DNA of 64,000 nucleotides. It comes from Anaerolineae bacterium. Its GTDB lineage: Bacteria > Chloroflexota > Anaerolineae > Aggregatilineales > Phototrophicaceae. The translations under genes and the position numbers were made by a program. The stretch lies in contig DAOULD010000136.1 of the NCBI GenBank assembly GCA_034420635.1, forward strand, positions 14,372-78,371, in the 5' to 3' direction. Positions within the stretch are counted from its first letter, which is position 1. Each line of letters begins with the position of its first letter. Below the pieces are notes generated by a model. It saw nothing but the letters and a program-made list of their open reading frames with translations. It was not told the DNA's origin and did no database searches. Positions 36,576 through 45,135 of the stretch are shown one piece after another.

Positions 36576-37493
36576 TCAAGCCCATTCGCCGAGGGTCTGA
36601 ATCTCGAGTTCCAATCGCGTTCCAAAGATGTCTTCGACGCGTCCGCGCACCGCTTCGATTAGCCGGTAGTAATCGCTGGCGCTGGCGTTTTCGCCTATGT
36701 TGACAAAGAAGTTGGCGTGGACCGGGGACACCTGAACATCGCCAATGCGAAAGCCCTTGAGATTTGCAGCCTCGATCAGCCGCCCGGCGTAATCGCCCGG
36801 TGGATTCTTAAAGATGCTGCCGAGGCTGGCTCCCGGCGGCTGTGTACGTTTTCGATAGTCGCTGAACTCGTTCATCCGTCGCAGTATGGCAGCCGGCTGC
36901 GCTTTTTTCAGTTGAAAAATCGCCTTCATGACAAAGAATCTCGTGTCGGCGCGCGCCTTGAGTTCCGAGTATCGGTACGCGTAGTTTAGCTCTTCCAGGT
37001 CATACCAGGTTTTGCCCTGCCCCGATTCAAATATCAGTGCTTTGCGAAGGGTGTTCGCCATATCGCCCCCGTGGGCGCCGGCATTGTTGACGACTGCTCC
37101 GCCCACGGTTCCGGGTACGGCAATTGCCCATTCCATGCCTTCGAAGCCGCGTTCCTGGCAATAGCGGACCAGACGAATCAAATTGGCGCCGCTACTTGCG
37201 GAAACATGAATGTCGCTGCCGCATGTCTCGTGGGAGATTTGCGTAGCGCGGTTGATAACCGTGAGTCCACGGATGCCCTTGTCGGCAACAAGCACATTGG
37301 CTCCGCCACCGATGACGGCAACCGGCAAACCGTGTGACCAAGCTATCCGCAAGACGGCGAGGGTCTCGCGGAAACCAGGATCTTTGGCGATATAGAGATA
37401 ATCCGCCGGACCCCCCAGTCGAGCGGCGGTGAATCTTGCCAGCGGCTGATGGCGCAGAACTTGCTCTGGGAAGGGCGGTTCGGGCGCGGTCAT
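36576..37493 (-). CDS. murB: UDP-N-acetylenolpyruvoylglucosamine reductase
   Basis: 305 aa. It has an FAD-binding region ([17 protein letters not shown]) and C-terminal [17 protein letters not shown]. Confidence 0.9.
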   Translation of the reverse strand: MTAPEPPFPEQVLRHQPLARFTAARLGGPADYLYIAKDPGFRETLAVLRIAWSHGLPVAVIGGGANVLVADKGIRGLTVINRATQISHETCGSDIHVSASSGANLIRLVRYCQERGFEGMEWAIAVPGTVGGAVVNNAGAHGGDMANTLRKALIFESGQGKTWYDLEELNYAYRYSELKARADTRFFVMKAIFQLKKAQPAAILRRMNEFSDYRKRTQPPGASLGSIFKNPPGDYAGRLIEAANLKGFRIGDVQVSPVHANFFVNIGENASASDYYRLIEAVRGRVEDIFGTRLELEIQTLGEWA

Positions 37494-37495
37494 AT

Positions 37496-38881
37496 CTATC
37501 GATCGTTGGATTCAAGATAGAGATCGGCTATACGGTTCGCGTCTCCGGCGCTGCAAATGAGCACCACCGTCGGACCCGCGATATCCCGGCGCAGGCAAGC
37601 GACGGCGTCCTCAAAGCTGGGCGCAAATCGCGCGCTGGGATGATCCGCCATGGATTCCACCAGCATCGGGCTAGAGATACCCGGGATCGGGTCCTCGCGC
37701 GCGGCGTAAATCGGCGTGATCAATACCTGATCGGCAGCGTCAAAAGCCGAAAGGAAATCCGGCAAGAATTGACGGACCCGGCTATAGGTATGCGGCTGCC
37801 AAATTGCCCAAATCTGATGTCGCGGATAGCGCGCGCGAGCGGCGTGGATGTTTACCCTGATCTCAGTGGGATGGTGCGCATAATCGTCGACAATGATCAC
37901 ATCGTCCCGAATCCCGCGTATCTCAAAGCGGCGTTCGGTATTCTTAAAGCTGGCCAAGGCGGCCGCGCTTTCTTCAAAACCGACGCCTTCCAGGTCGGCG
38001 ACGATCATGGCTGCCAGCGCATTGACAACATTGTGGGCGCCCGGAACCCTCAGAGCCAAGCTGCCCAGAAAAACCCCATTTTTAAGGATGCGGGCGCTAG
38101 TCTCGTTTTCGGAAAAAGCGAGCTCGGTCGCGCGCCAATCGGCGCTCGCATCGTCGATGGCATAGCTGAGTGCGGGAAGCTCTTGCTCTTTTCGCATATT
38201 CAACAGACTGACGGCGCCGCTGTCATCGCTGCAAGCCACCAGCGTGCCGGACGCGGGTACAAGCTCGGCGAATTTGGCGAATGCGCTCAACTGGTCCTCT
38301 GCCGTCAGGAAATAGTCGGGATGGTCATGCTCGACGTTTGTGACTACCGCGATTTGCGGCTGCAGTCCATGGAACATATTGTCATATTCGTCGGCTTCGA
38401 TCACGAAACTTTGTCCCGCGCCGACCCCCGCGTTCTTGCCGGTATTGCCCATGGTTCCGCCGACAATATAACTGGGATCCGCGCCGGCCTGCCGCAGGAT
38501 ATGCACGATCATCGAGGTGGTGGTAGTTTTCCCATGCGTGCCCGCCACGGCAATCGTCCGCTGTCCTTCCAAGAGCGGCGCCATGAAGGGGTTTCGTTTG
38601 ACAATCGGTATGCCCTTTGACTGGGCGGCGCGCACCTCGACATGCTCCGCCGCGACCGCCGAAGACATCAGCACCAAATCGGCGCCGTCGACAAAGTCGG
38701 CATGGTGACCGCGATAAACGCGAGCGCCTTCATTCTGCAAGGCGGCGGTGATTCCGCTCGGGCGGAGATCTGAACCGCTGACGGTAAAGCCGCGCTGCAG
38801 GAGAATGCGCGCAATGGCGGACAAACCCGCGCCACCGATGCCAATTAGATGTATGTGCTGCCCGGGCGTCAATTTGAGCAT
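37496..38881 (-). CDS. murC: UDP-N-acetylmuramate--L-alanine ligase
   Basis: 461 aa. Motifs: HIHLIGIGGAGLSAIA, the P-loop AVAGTHGKTTTTSMI, and DDYAHHPTEI. Confidence 0.9.
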   Translation of the reverse strand: MLKLTPGQHIHLIGIGGAGLSAIARILLQRGFTVSGSDLRPSGITAALQNEGARVYRGHHADFVDGADLVLMSSAVAAEHVEVRAAQSKGIPIVKRNPFMAPLLEGQRTIAVAGTHGKTTTTSMIVHILRQAGADPSYIVGGTMGNTGKNAGVGAGQSFVIEADEYDNMFHGLQPQIAVVTNVEHDHPDYFLTAEDQLSAFAKFAELVPASGTLVACSDDSGAVSLLNMRKEQELPALSYAIDDASADWRATELAFSENETSARILKNGVFLGSLALRVPGAHNVVNALAAMIVADLEGVGFEESAAALASFKNTERRFEIRGIRDDVIIVDDYAHHPTEIRVNIHAARARYPRHQIWAIWQPHTYSRVRQFLPDFLSAFDAADQVLITPIYAAREDPIPGISSPMLVESMADHPSARFAPSFEDAVACLRRDIAGPTVVLICSAGDANRIADLYLESNDR

Positions 38882-39003
38882 GGGTCATCACAGCCCCAAT
38901 TTTTTGGAAATGATCTTTAAGCGCTTCCGCATCTGCCAAGGTATACCCAAGCGAGCGACTGTCGGAAAGATTTCTGCTATGGCATAGGCAGCCGATAGCC
39001 AGG

Positions 39004-39531
39004 TCACACGATCAGAATGACAATCGCGAGCAGAACCAAGATAGTCAGAGCCAAGAGATCTCCGCTACCGGTCAAGCCTCCGCCCAATAAGATCGCTGGC
39101 ATGGATCCCAGACCTAGATAGCTCACGCTGCCTTCCGCGGGAGCCGACAAAAGCTGCGGAAACGGATAACGGTTGATATCGAGAAAATACCAGACGGACC
39201 CAGCCAGGAAATAGCCATTGACGCAACCGGCTGCCGCGCCCAACAACCCGTTTCGAATGCGGCCTATTCTGCCTTCGGGATTGATGACTGCCTCGTTGCG
39301 GTAAGCGAATACGACAATCGCCGAAAAGACGCAAAGCTGCAACAAGAAGATCTGTCCATTCGTCAGAAGCATATACAGGCTGCCACGCAGCAAACTGTCA
39401 AATTGGAAGATGGCAAAAAATCCCAGCAGCATGGCAGTTGTGGCGATCAACTGGCGTTGCCATCCCTGGAGCGCGCCGATCAGGGCGAAGAAGATCGCCG
39501 TCCCCCACATTAACGATGCGAAACTAATCAA
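39004..39531 (-). CDS. CvpA-like small integral membrane protein (paralog b)
   Basis: 175 aa, about 4-5 TM segments. The N-terminal LIGALQGWQRQLIATTAMLLGFF resembles the GxxRGxxxE start of the CvpA family. It is clearly paralogous to 39596..40156 (NGYFLAGSVWYF versus NGYLLSGSIWYF). Confidence 0.5.
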   Translation of the reverse strand: MISFASLMWGTAIFFALIGALQGWQRQLIATTAMLLGFFAIFQFDSLLRGSLYMLLTNGQIFLLQLCVFSAIVVFAYRNEAVINPEGRIGRIRNGLLGAAAGCVNGYFLAGSVWYFLDINRYPFPQLLSAPAEGSVSYLGLGSMPAILLGGGLTGSGDLLALTILVLLAIVILIV

Positions 39532-39595
39532 GTTGCTCTATCCCATTTAAGTCACAGGAAAACCAGAATGCCGTACCGCCTCAATAAATACAGCG

Positions 39596-40156
39596 TCAAA
39601 TCAGGACCAGCACCACCACAAACAGAACGATGACCATCAACGAAAGAAGATCGCCCGAGGAGCCGGGTCCACCCGCCAGGACATAGAGCGGCAAATTCGC
39701 GATCGAGTGAGAGCTGAGCGAGCCATCTGCTGGCGCTTCCAGATACGGGGACAATGGGTAGTCGTTGATGTGCATGAAGTACCAGATTGAGCCGCTCAGG
39801 AGATAGCCGTTGGCAGCGCCAACAATGCCGCCCAGCACTTTGGACTGGGCCGGGTCTCGTCCTTCGCCGCCGGTCGCTTCGCGGGCGTCGCTGCCGATCA
39901 ACGCTCGAGTTTGGTAAGCGAAGAAGGCTATGGCCAAAAAGATGCCGACCTGGAAAAGAAACTTTTGCCCGGCTGCGAAGGGGGCCAGAAGTTGCTGTCG
40001 CAAGGCAGCATCGAATTGGTGAAGCGCAAAGAGGCCCAAAGTAATGCCGGCCATGGCGATGATCTCTTTGGTCCAGCCTCGTTGCAAGCCGACGAAAGCG
40101 AAACAGGCGACGAAGACCCACATCAACGCGACTAACTCCAGCATCTCAAGCTCCAC
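39596..40156 (-). CDS. CvpA-like small integral membrane protein (paralog a)
   Basis: 186 aa. Motifs: FVGLQRGWTKEIIAMAGITLGLF...ANGYLLSGSIWYF. An alternative ATG at 40144 would start 2 nt after the murG stop. Confidence 0.5.
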   Translation of the reverse strand: MELEMLELVALMWVFVACFAFVGLQRGWTKEIIAMAGITLGLFALHQFDAALRQQLLAPFAAGQKFLFQVGIFLAIAFFAYQTRALIGSDAREATGGEGRDPAQSKVLGGIVGAANGYLLSGSIWYFMHINDYPLSPYLEAPADGSLSSHSIANLPLYVLAGGPGSSGDLLSLMVIVLFVVVLVLI

Positions 40157-41249
40157 CGACTTCGATAAGCAAGTCCGCGAGGCGACGCGCGCCTTCGGCG
40201 TTTGCCAAGGCTCGAGAGTTTGCTCGCATCTCCTCCAATCGCGCGTCGTCGCGGATTAGCGATATGATCCTGTGGAACAATGATGATGCCATGTCCTCGT
40301 CGTTCAGGCGCAGCGCAGCGCCACGATCGCTCAGGTAATCCGCGTTGACGCTTTGGTAGCGCCAGGCATAGGGATAGGGGACGAGGATAGCTGGCAAAGC
40401 AAATAGAGGCAATTCCGCCAGGGTACTCGCGCCCGCTCGACAGACTGCCAGGTCCGCGGCTGCAAAAGCCAATCCCATATCCTCATGAAGATAAGGGAAG
40501 GGCCGATACTGCGGATGCCGCCTATACGCTTCCACCTGGGACATGCTCCGTTCCCAATCGAAGTCGCCGGTGATGTGTATGATCTGCAATCCCTCGTCCA
40601 GCAGCCGAGGCAGGCAGTCGCCAAGCGCGATATTGATGCTGCGAGCGCCGCGACTGCCCCCGAAAACCAGTAGCGTTTTGCCGGAGGGGTCCAGCTTAAA
40701 TCTCGTTATCGCTTGTTCCCGCGTCGCTTGCAAGCGATTTCCCTGCAAGGGATAACCGGTGACTACCGACCTTCCCGCAGGAAAATATTTGGCGGATTCG
40801 CTGACCGTAATCGCGATTCGCGATGCGAAGCGTTGCAAAGCCTTGATCGTCAATCCGGGTTCAATATCGGGCAAATAGATGACGATCGGTATGCTCAGCA
40901 TACGCGCCCCAAGCGCTAGCGGCAAGTTTGCCCAGCCACCTGTCAAGAGCGCGACGCCTGGTCGAAGGCTGCGTAGCCTGTTGAAGGCTTGCAGGGCGCC
41001 CAGGCTCAGTTTCGCGGCGCTGGAAACGACCGTCAATGAATCGACGCCGTGCAAGGGACCGGCGTGAAGCTCGTGGTAGGCTGCAAAAGGGATTCCCGAC
41101 TCCTGCACCAGCTTTCGTTCCATACCGCCCACCGCGCCGACAAAGAAAAGTTGATGTTCGCTATTGCCGTCGGCCAATAGCGCCCGGGCGGTTGCCAGCG
41201 CGGGATAGACGTGACCGCCGGTTCCCCCAGCCCCGATCAGTATTCGCAA
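40146..41249 (-). CDS. murG: Lipid II-forming UDP-GlcNAc transferase MurG
   Basis: 367 aa. A TTG start is preceded by GGAG. Motifs: ILIGAGGTGGHVYPALA, and C-terminal CRAGASTLAEL. Confidence 0.9.
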   Translation of the reverse strand: MRILIGAGGTGGHVYPALATARALLADGNSEHQLFFVGAVGGMERKLVQESGIPFAAYHELHAGPLHGVDSLTVVSSAAKLSLGALQAFNRLRSLRPGVALLTGGWANLPLALGARMLSIPIVIYLPDIEPGLTIKALQRFASRIAITVSESAKYFPAGRSVVTGYPLQGNRLQATREQAITRFKLDPSGKTLLVFGGSRGARSINIALGDCLPRLLDEGLQIIHITGDFDWERSMSQVEAYRRHPQYRPFPYLHEDMGLAFAAADLAVCRAGASTLAELPLFALPAILVPYPYAWRYQSVNADYLSDRGAALRLNDEDMASSLFHRIISLIRDDARLEEMRANSRALANAEGARRLADLLIEVGGA

Positions 41250-42486
41250 ACTCGTTTCTCCGTTCGGAAGCGCGCTTCCGCCACAATGCCACTCGCTGTA
41301 CGCTCAACATCAGGCCGATACCGATCATCACCACCATCAACGAAGATCCACCGAAGCTGATGAAGGGCAGGGGCACGCCCGTAGACGGTACGGCGTTTGT
41401 CATCACCGCGATGTTCAGCAAAGCCTGGACGATCACCCACGATGTGAAGCCGACGCAAAGCAGCGAGCCAAAGGTATCGCGCGCGTGCCGCGCCATCCGG
41501 AATCCCCGTATCGCCAAGGCGACGTAGAGCGCAACGACGACTGCGGCGCCCAAGACGCCAAACTCCTCGCCGATGACCGCAAAAATGCTATCGGTATGCG
41601 GCGCTGGCAAGGCGCCGAATTTCTGCGCTGATTGTCCCAATCCCACGCCAGTCCAGCCGCCCTTCATAAACGCGGCGATCGCCTGTTGGGTATGGTAGTT
41701 CGTCAAGGTCAGATCGTTGAGTCCCGCCAGAAAGTCGATAATACGGTTCTGCGCGTAGCCCAGCCCCGCGATCAACACATATGCAACAGCGCCAAGTAGT
41801 CCGCCCATCGCTATGATATGGAGCAGGTTCGCGCCGGCGACAAAAAACATGATGCCGGCCGTCAAGGCGACGATTGCCGCCGAACTCAGGTCCGGCTGTT
41901 GCGTAATCAAGAAGGCAATGACGCCAACGACCATTATGAAAGGCAGAAATCCAAAGAAAAAACTGCCGACCCGAGCATTCTTTGAACCGAGCCAAGCCGC
42001 CAAATAAACGACGATCGCGAATTCCGCCAGTTCGCCCGGCTGAAAGCGGCCCCCAACCAGGGAACGACGAGCGCCAAACTTGTCATCGCCCACCAGCAGC
42101 ACAGCGATCAGAGCGCCGATCGTGAAGAGCAGCAGCCATACCGAGAAGCGCTTCCAAAACCGATAGTCAACTGCCGCGAAGAATATGAGCGCAATACTGG
42201 AGAAGAAAACGTTACGCAGGTGCTCCTCCACGAAGAAGCCCGTAGCGGTCCCGTAAGTATTATTGCTCCAGTCAAACGTGGAACTGTAAACCATGAGCGA
42301 GCCGATTATCAAAAGCAGGATGACGATGGCGAGCAGCGGCTTGTCCAGCGTAGCGAAAAAACTGCGATTGACCGGCGCTAGTGGGCGAGCGCTATCGTCG
42401 CCGACAATTGTCAAGCCGGGACTGCGACTCAACCGCCGCCGAAACCGACGACGCCCGGTATCATTGTGGATGGCTTGTTCCGTCAT
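41161..42486 (-). CDS. ftsW: SEDS-family peptidoglycan glycosyltransferase FtsW
   Basis: The ORF track gives 41161..42627. ATG 42486 (MTEQAIHND) is the first start downstream of the murD stop (42524). It has 9-10 TM segments with QPGELAEF, PDLSSA and LPFISFGGSSL motifs. The 3' end overlaps murG by 89 nt. Confidence 0.85.
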   Translation of the reverse strand: MTEQAIHNDTGRRRFRRRLSRSPGLTIVGDDSARPLAPVNRSFFATLDKPLLAIVILLLIIGSLMVYSSTFDWSNNTYGTATGFFVEEHLRNVFFSSIALIFFAAVDYRFWKRFSVWLLLFTIGALIAVLLVGDDKFGARRSLVGGRFQPGELAEFAIVVYLAAWLGSKNARVGSFFFGFLPFIMVVGVIAFLITQQPDLSSAAIVALTAGIMFFVAGANLLHIIAMGGLLGAVAYVLIAGLGYAQNRIIDFLAGLNDLTLTNYHTQQAIAAFMKGGWTGVGLGQSAQKFGALPAPHTDSIFAVIGEEFGVLGAAVVVALYVALAIRGFRMARHARDTFGSLLCVGFTSWVIVQALLNIAVMTNAVPSTGVPLPFISFGGSSLMVVMIGIGLMLSVQRVALWRKRASERRNEFANTDRGWGNRRSRLSRAGNRPGAIGRRQ

Positions 42487-42523
42487 AGGACTCGCTCTTT
42501 GTCCGCCCACATGCGTAAATCCA

Positions 42524-43945
42524 TTATAGTGCAGATACCAATTGGCGAAAGTGATCTCCGCGCTCGGCAAAGTCGGCATAGGCATCGTAGCTCGTTCCGC
42601 CGGGCGACAAGAGCACAACATCACCATCTTGCGCGACTTCAGATGCGCGATGCACAGCCTCTTCCAGCGTCTGCGCCCGCAATACCTGATCGTCGCGGAC
42701 AGACATCAGCGAAAGCAGCTTCATGACCTTGATGGCGACCTGTTTCTCGCCCTCCTTGCCGAAGATGATGACATGGCGCGCTTTTGCCAGCGCCAACTGA
42801 ATCGCGCCTTCCCAAGGCAAGTCTTTGTCCGCGCCACCGATCAGCAATATCAGTGGTTCGTCGTAGCTTTGCAAGGCGGCAATCAGGCGTTCCGGCGCGG
42901 TAGCGATACTGTCATTCACGTATGTGACGCCGGCGATTCGGCGCACTGTCTCTAGTCGATGCTCCACCGGGCGAAAGGCGCGAATCGCCTCGCGCATCGC
43001 CTCGGGCATGACGCCGGGACGATCGATGGCTAATCCCATCGAACCGCTTATCGCGCAAGCCGCTAGGACATTCGCCGCATTATGATCGCCGCGCAGGGGG
43101 ATCTCGTCCCGCGGGCAGACAACATGCGGCGTCGAATCGTAACTGGCGGATCCTGCCACAAAAACACGATTACCTAATAGAAACGCGCCATCGGGCACCA
43201 GATCATAGGCGCTGAACGCCGACAGTTCGCCGCGAACAAGCTGCTCCATCGCGCGGCTGCCGGGGTCATCCCAGCCAAGCACGGCGACGTCTGTTTGCTT
43301 CTGGTATCGGATGATGTTGGCTTTGGCAGCGGCATAACGCTCCAGTGTGCCGTGCCGGTCAAGATGATTGGGCGTCAAGTTGAGCAGGGCAGCGACTTGC
43401 GGGCTGTTGCTCATCAACTCCAGTTGAAAACTGGAAAGCTCCATGACAACCACATCGTTTTTCGTGATTTTGGGAAGGTTTTCAACAAGCGGGTTTCCGA
43501 TATTGCCCCCCAGCCAGACCGTGTAGCCGGCTGCCCCCAGTATCTTTGCCACCAGGGCGGCGGTCGTTGTCTTCCCGGCGCTGCCGGTGATGCCAATGAC
43601 GGGGGCTGGGCACCGCTCGATAAACAATTGCGCGTCGTTGGTAAAGGGAATATTGCGCTTGCGCGCCAAGTCAAATATCGGCAGGTCCAGCGGAACCCCG
43701 CCGGAAACACAGATGGCTTTTGCGCCGATCAATACTTCTTCCGGATGTCCGCGCAGAAAGAAACGCGCACCGGGATATTGTGAGCGGCGGATGCCCAACT
43801 CTTTCGCGCCGCGACTATCTGTGACCACAACCTCGGCGCCGATGGTTGGCAACCAGCGCGCTAAGGCTCTTCCTTGCCGTCCAAAGCCGAATATGACAAT
43901 TCGTTTACCGGACAAGTAGTCTCGTGCTGGCATTAGTCGAGGCAA
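42524..43945 (-). CDS. murD: UDP-N-acetylmuramoylalanine--D-glutamate ligase
   Basis: 473 aa. Motifs: VIFGFGRQGRALARWL, the P-loop IGITGSAGKTTTAALV, and NDSIATAPER. Confidence 0.9.
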   Translation of the reverse strand: MPRLMPARDYLSGKRIVIFGFGRQGRALARWLPTIGAEVVVTDSRGAKELGIRRSQYPGARFFLRGHPEEVLIGAKAICVSGGVPLDLPIFDLARKRNIPFTNDAQLFIERCPAPVIGITGSAGKTTTAALVAKILGAAGYTVWLGGNIGNPLVENLPKITKNDVVVMELSSFQLELMSNSPQVAALLNLTPNHLDRHGTLERYAAAKANIIRYQKQTDVAVLGWDDPGSRAMEQLVRGELSAFSAYDLVPDGAFLLGNRVFVAGSASYDSTPHVVCPRDEIPLRGDHNAANVLAACAISGSMGLAIDRPGVMPEAMREAIRAFRPVEHRLETVRRIAGVTYVNDSIATAPERLIAALQSYDEPLILLIGGADKDLPWEGAIQLALAKARHVIIFGKEGEKQVAIKVMKLLSLMSVRDDQVLRAQTLEEAVHRASEVAQDGDVVLLSPGGTSYDAYADFAERGDHFRQLVSAL

Positions 43946-43956
43946 TCCTGAACCAG

Positions 43957-44037
43957 CGCTGCTCGGCGCGTAACCGGCGAAAAGATTCCAGGAATGTCGC
44001 GCTCGCGCAAAATAGCAAGTCTGCTTGTCGCACGAGC
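43957..44037 (-). repeat. ~80-nt interspersed intergenic repeat, copy D (forward on the minus strand)
   Basis: The minus strand reads GCTCGTGCGAC-22nt-GAGCGCGACATTCCTGGAATCTTTTCGCCGGTTACGCGCCGAGCA. The 45-nt core has 5 mismatches and no gaps against copy A. The copy fills most of the mraY-murD spacer. Confidence 0.8.
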
Positions 44038-44072
44038 GCCGCAGTCTACATAAACAGGTGGGAGCGCGCGCA

Positions 44073-45122
44073 TCAAAGCGGTCCGAGCGCGCGCTGCCGC
44101 AGCAGCGCCAATGCCACGCCGATGAATGCGCAAAGAATGCTGATCAGCCAAAAGCGCTGTACGATTTGCGTCTCGCTCCAGCCGCCCAATTCAAAGTGAT
44201 GATGTATTGGCGTGCGGCGAAAGGGCCGGATATCCACGCCGTAAAAGCGTCGGCTCAACTTGGCGGAAGCCACTTGCAAAATCACGCTCAAAATCTCCAT
44301 AACGGGCACGATCGCGATAATCGGCAACAAGAGCCACTGACCGGTCATAACCGCGACCGTGCCGAGCGTCGCGCCCAGAGCCAGGGAGCCCGTATCTCCC
44401 ATAAACAACTGTGCGGGATGCGCGTTGTACCAGAGAAATGCGAAACAAGCGCCGACGACTATGAAACAAAGGTCAATCAAGAAAATCTGATTCTGCAAAT
44501 AGGCGATAACGCCGTAAGCGCCGAAGGCGCTCGCGGTCACTATACCGGCAAGACCATCCAATCCATCGGTGAAATTGGTCGCGTTGGAACTGCCGATGAT
44601 GATAAAGGTGCTGATCGCGATAAAGATTAACGGATGCAATGGGATTTCTACCGGTATCAGCGGAAGCGGCATGGAGTTGGCGTAGGAAAAGCCAACCTGT
44701 GACATGATGGTGGATGCGATCAAAGCCAAGACAATCTGTCCCAGAAACTTCACTTTGCCGGACAAGCCTTCGCCGACGCTGCCCCGCGATGTCTGTATTC
44801 CTTCCCAATCGTCGATCAAGCCCAACAGAGCGAACCCAATCAATACCGACAGCGGCAGCAAGATGCTGCGCCCTTCGCCTTCCTGAACAATCCGTGAGAT
44901 ATTGAGAGCGAGCGTGATGGCAATTGTTGGCAGGATGATCATGATCCCGCCCATCGTTGGTGTGCCGACTTTCTTCACATGCGCGCTGTCCATCAACTCT
45001 GCGCGGATCTGCTTGCCGAGCTTGAAGCGGTGCAGGATCTCTACAAAGGGACCACCCCAGATAACACCCAGTAAGAATGTCGCCCCACCTACGCTTAATG
45101 CCAGCGGTAGTTTCGCCTCCAT
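44073..45122 (-). CDS. mraY: Phospho-N-acetylmuramoyl-pentapeptide transferase
   Basis: The ORF track gives 44073..45197. ATG 45122 (MEAKLPLAL) follows the ftsI stop by 13 nt. Motifs: GTPTMGG, LIDDW, NATNFTDGLDGLA, and the polytopic HHHFEL. Confidence 0.9.
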   Translation of the reverse strand: MEAKLPLALSVGGATFLLGVIWGGPFVEILHRFKLGKQIRAELMDSAHVKKVGTPTMGGIMIILPTIAITLALNISRIVQEGEGRSILLPLSVLIGFALLGLIDDWEGIQTSRGSVGEGLSGKVKFLGQIVLALIASTIMSQVGFSYANSMPLPLIPVEIPLHPLIFIAISTFIIIGSSNATNFTDGLDGLAGIVTASAFGAYGVIAYLQNQIFLIDLCFIVVGACFAFLWYNAHPAQLFMGDTGSLALGATLGTVAVMTGQWLLLPIIAIVPVMEILSVILQVASAKLSRRFYGVDIRPFRRTPIHHHFELGGWSETQIVQRFWLISILCAFIGVALALLRQRALGPL

Positions 45123-45135
45123 CTGCAGCGGGTCC

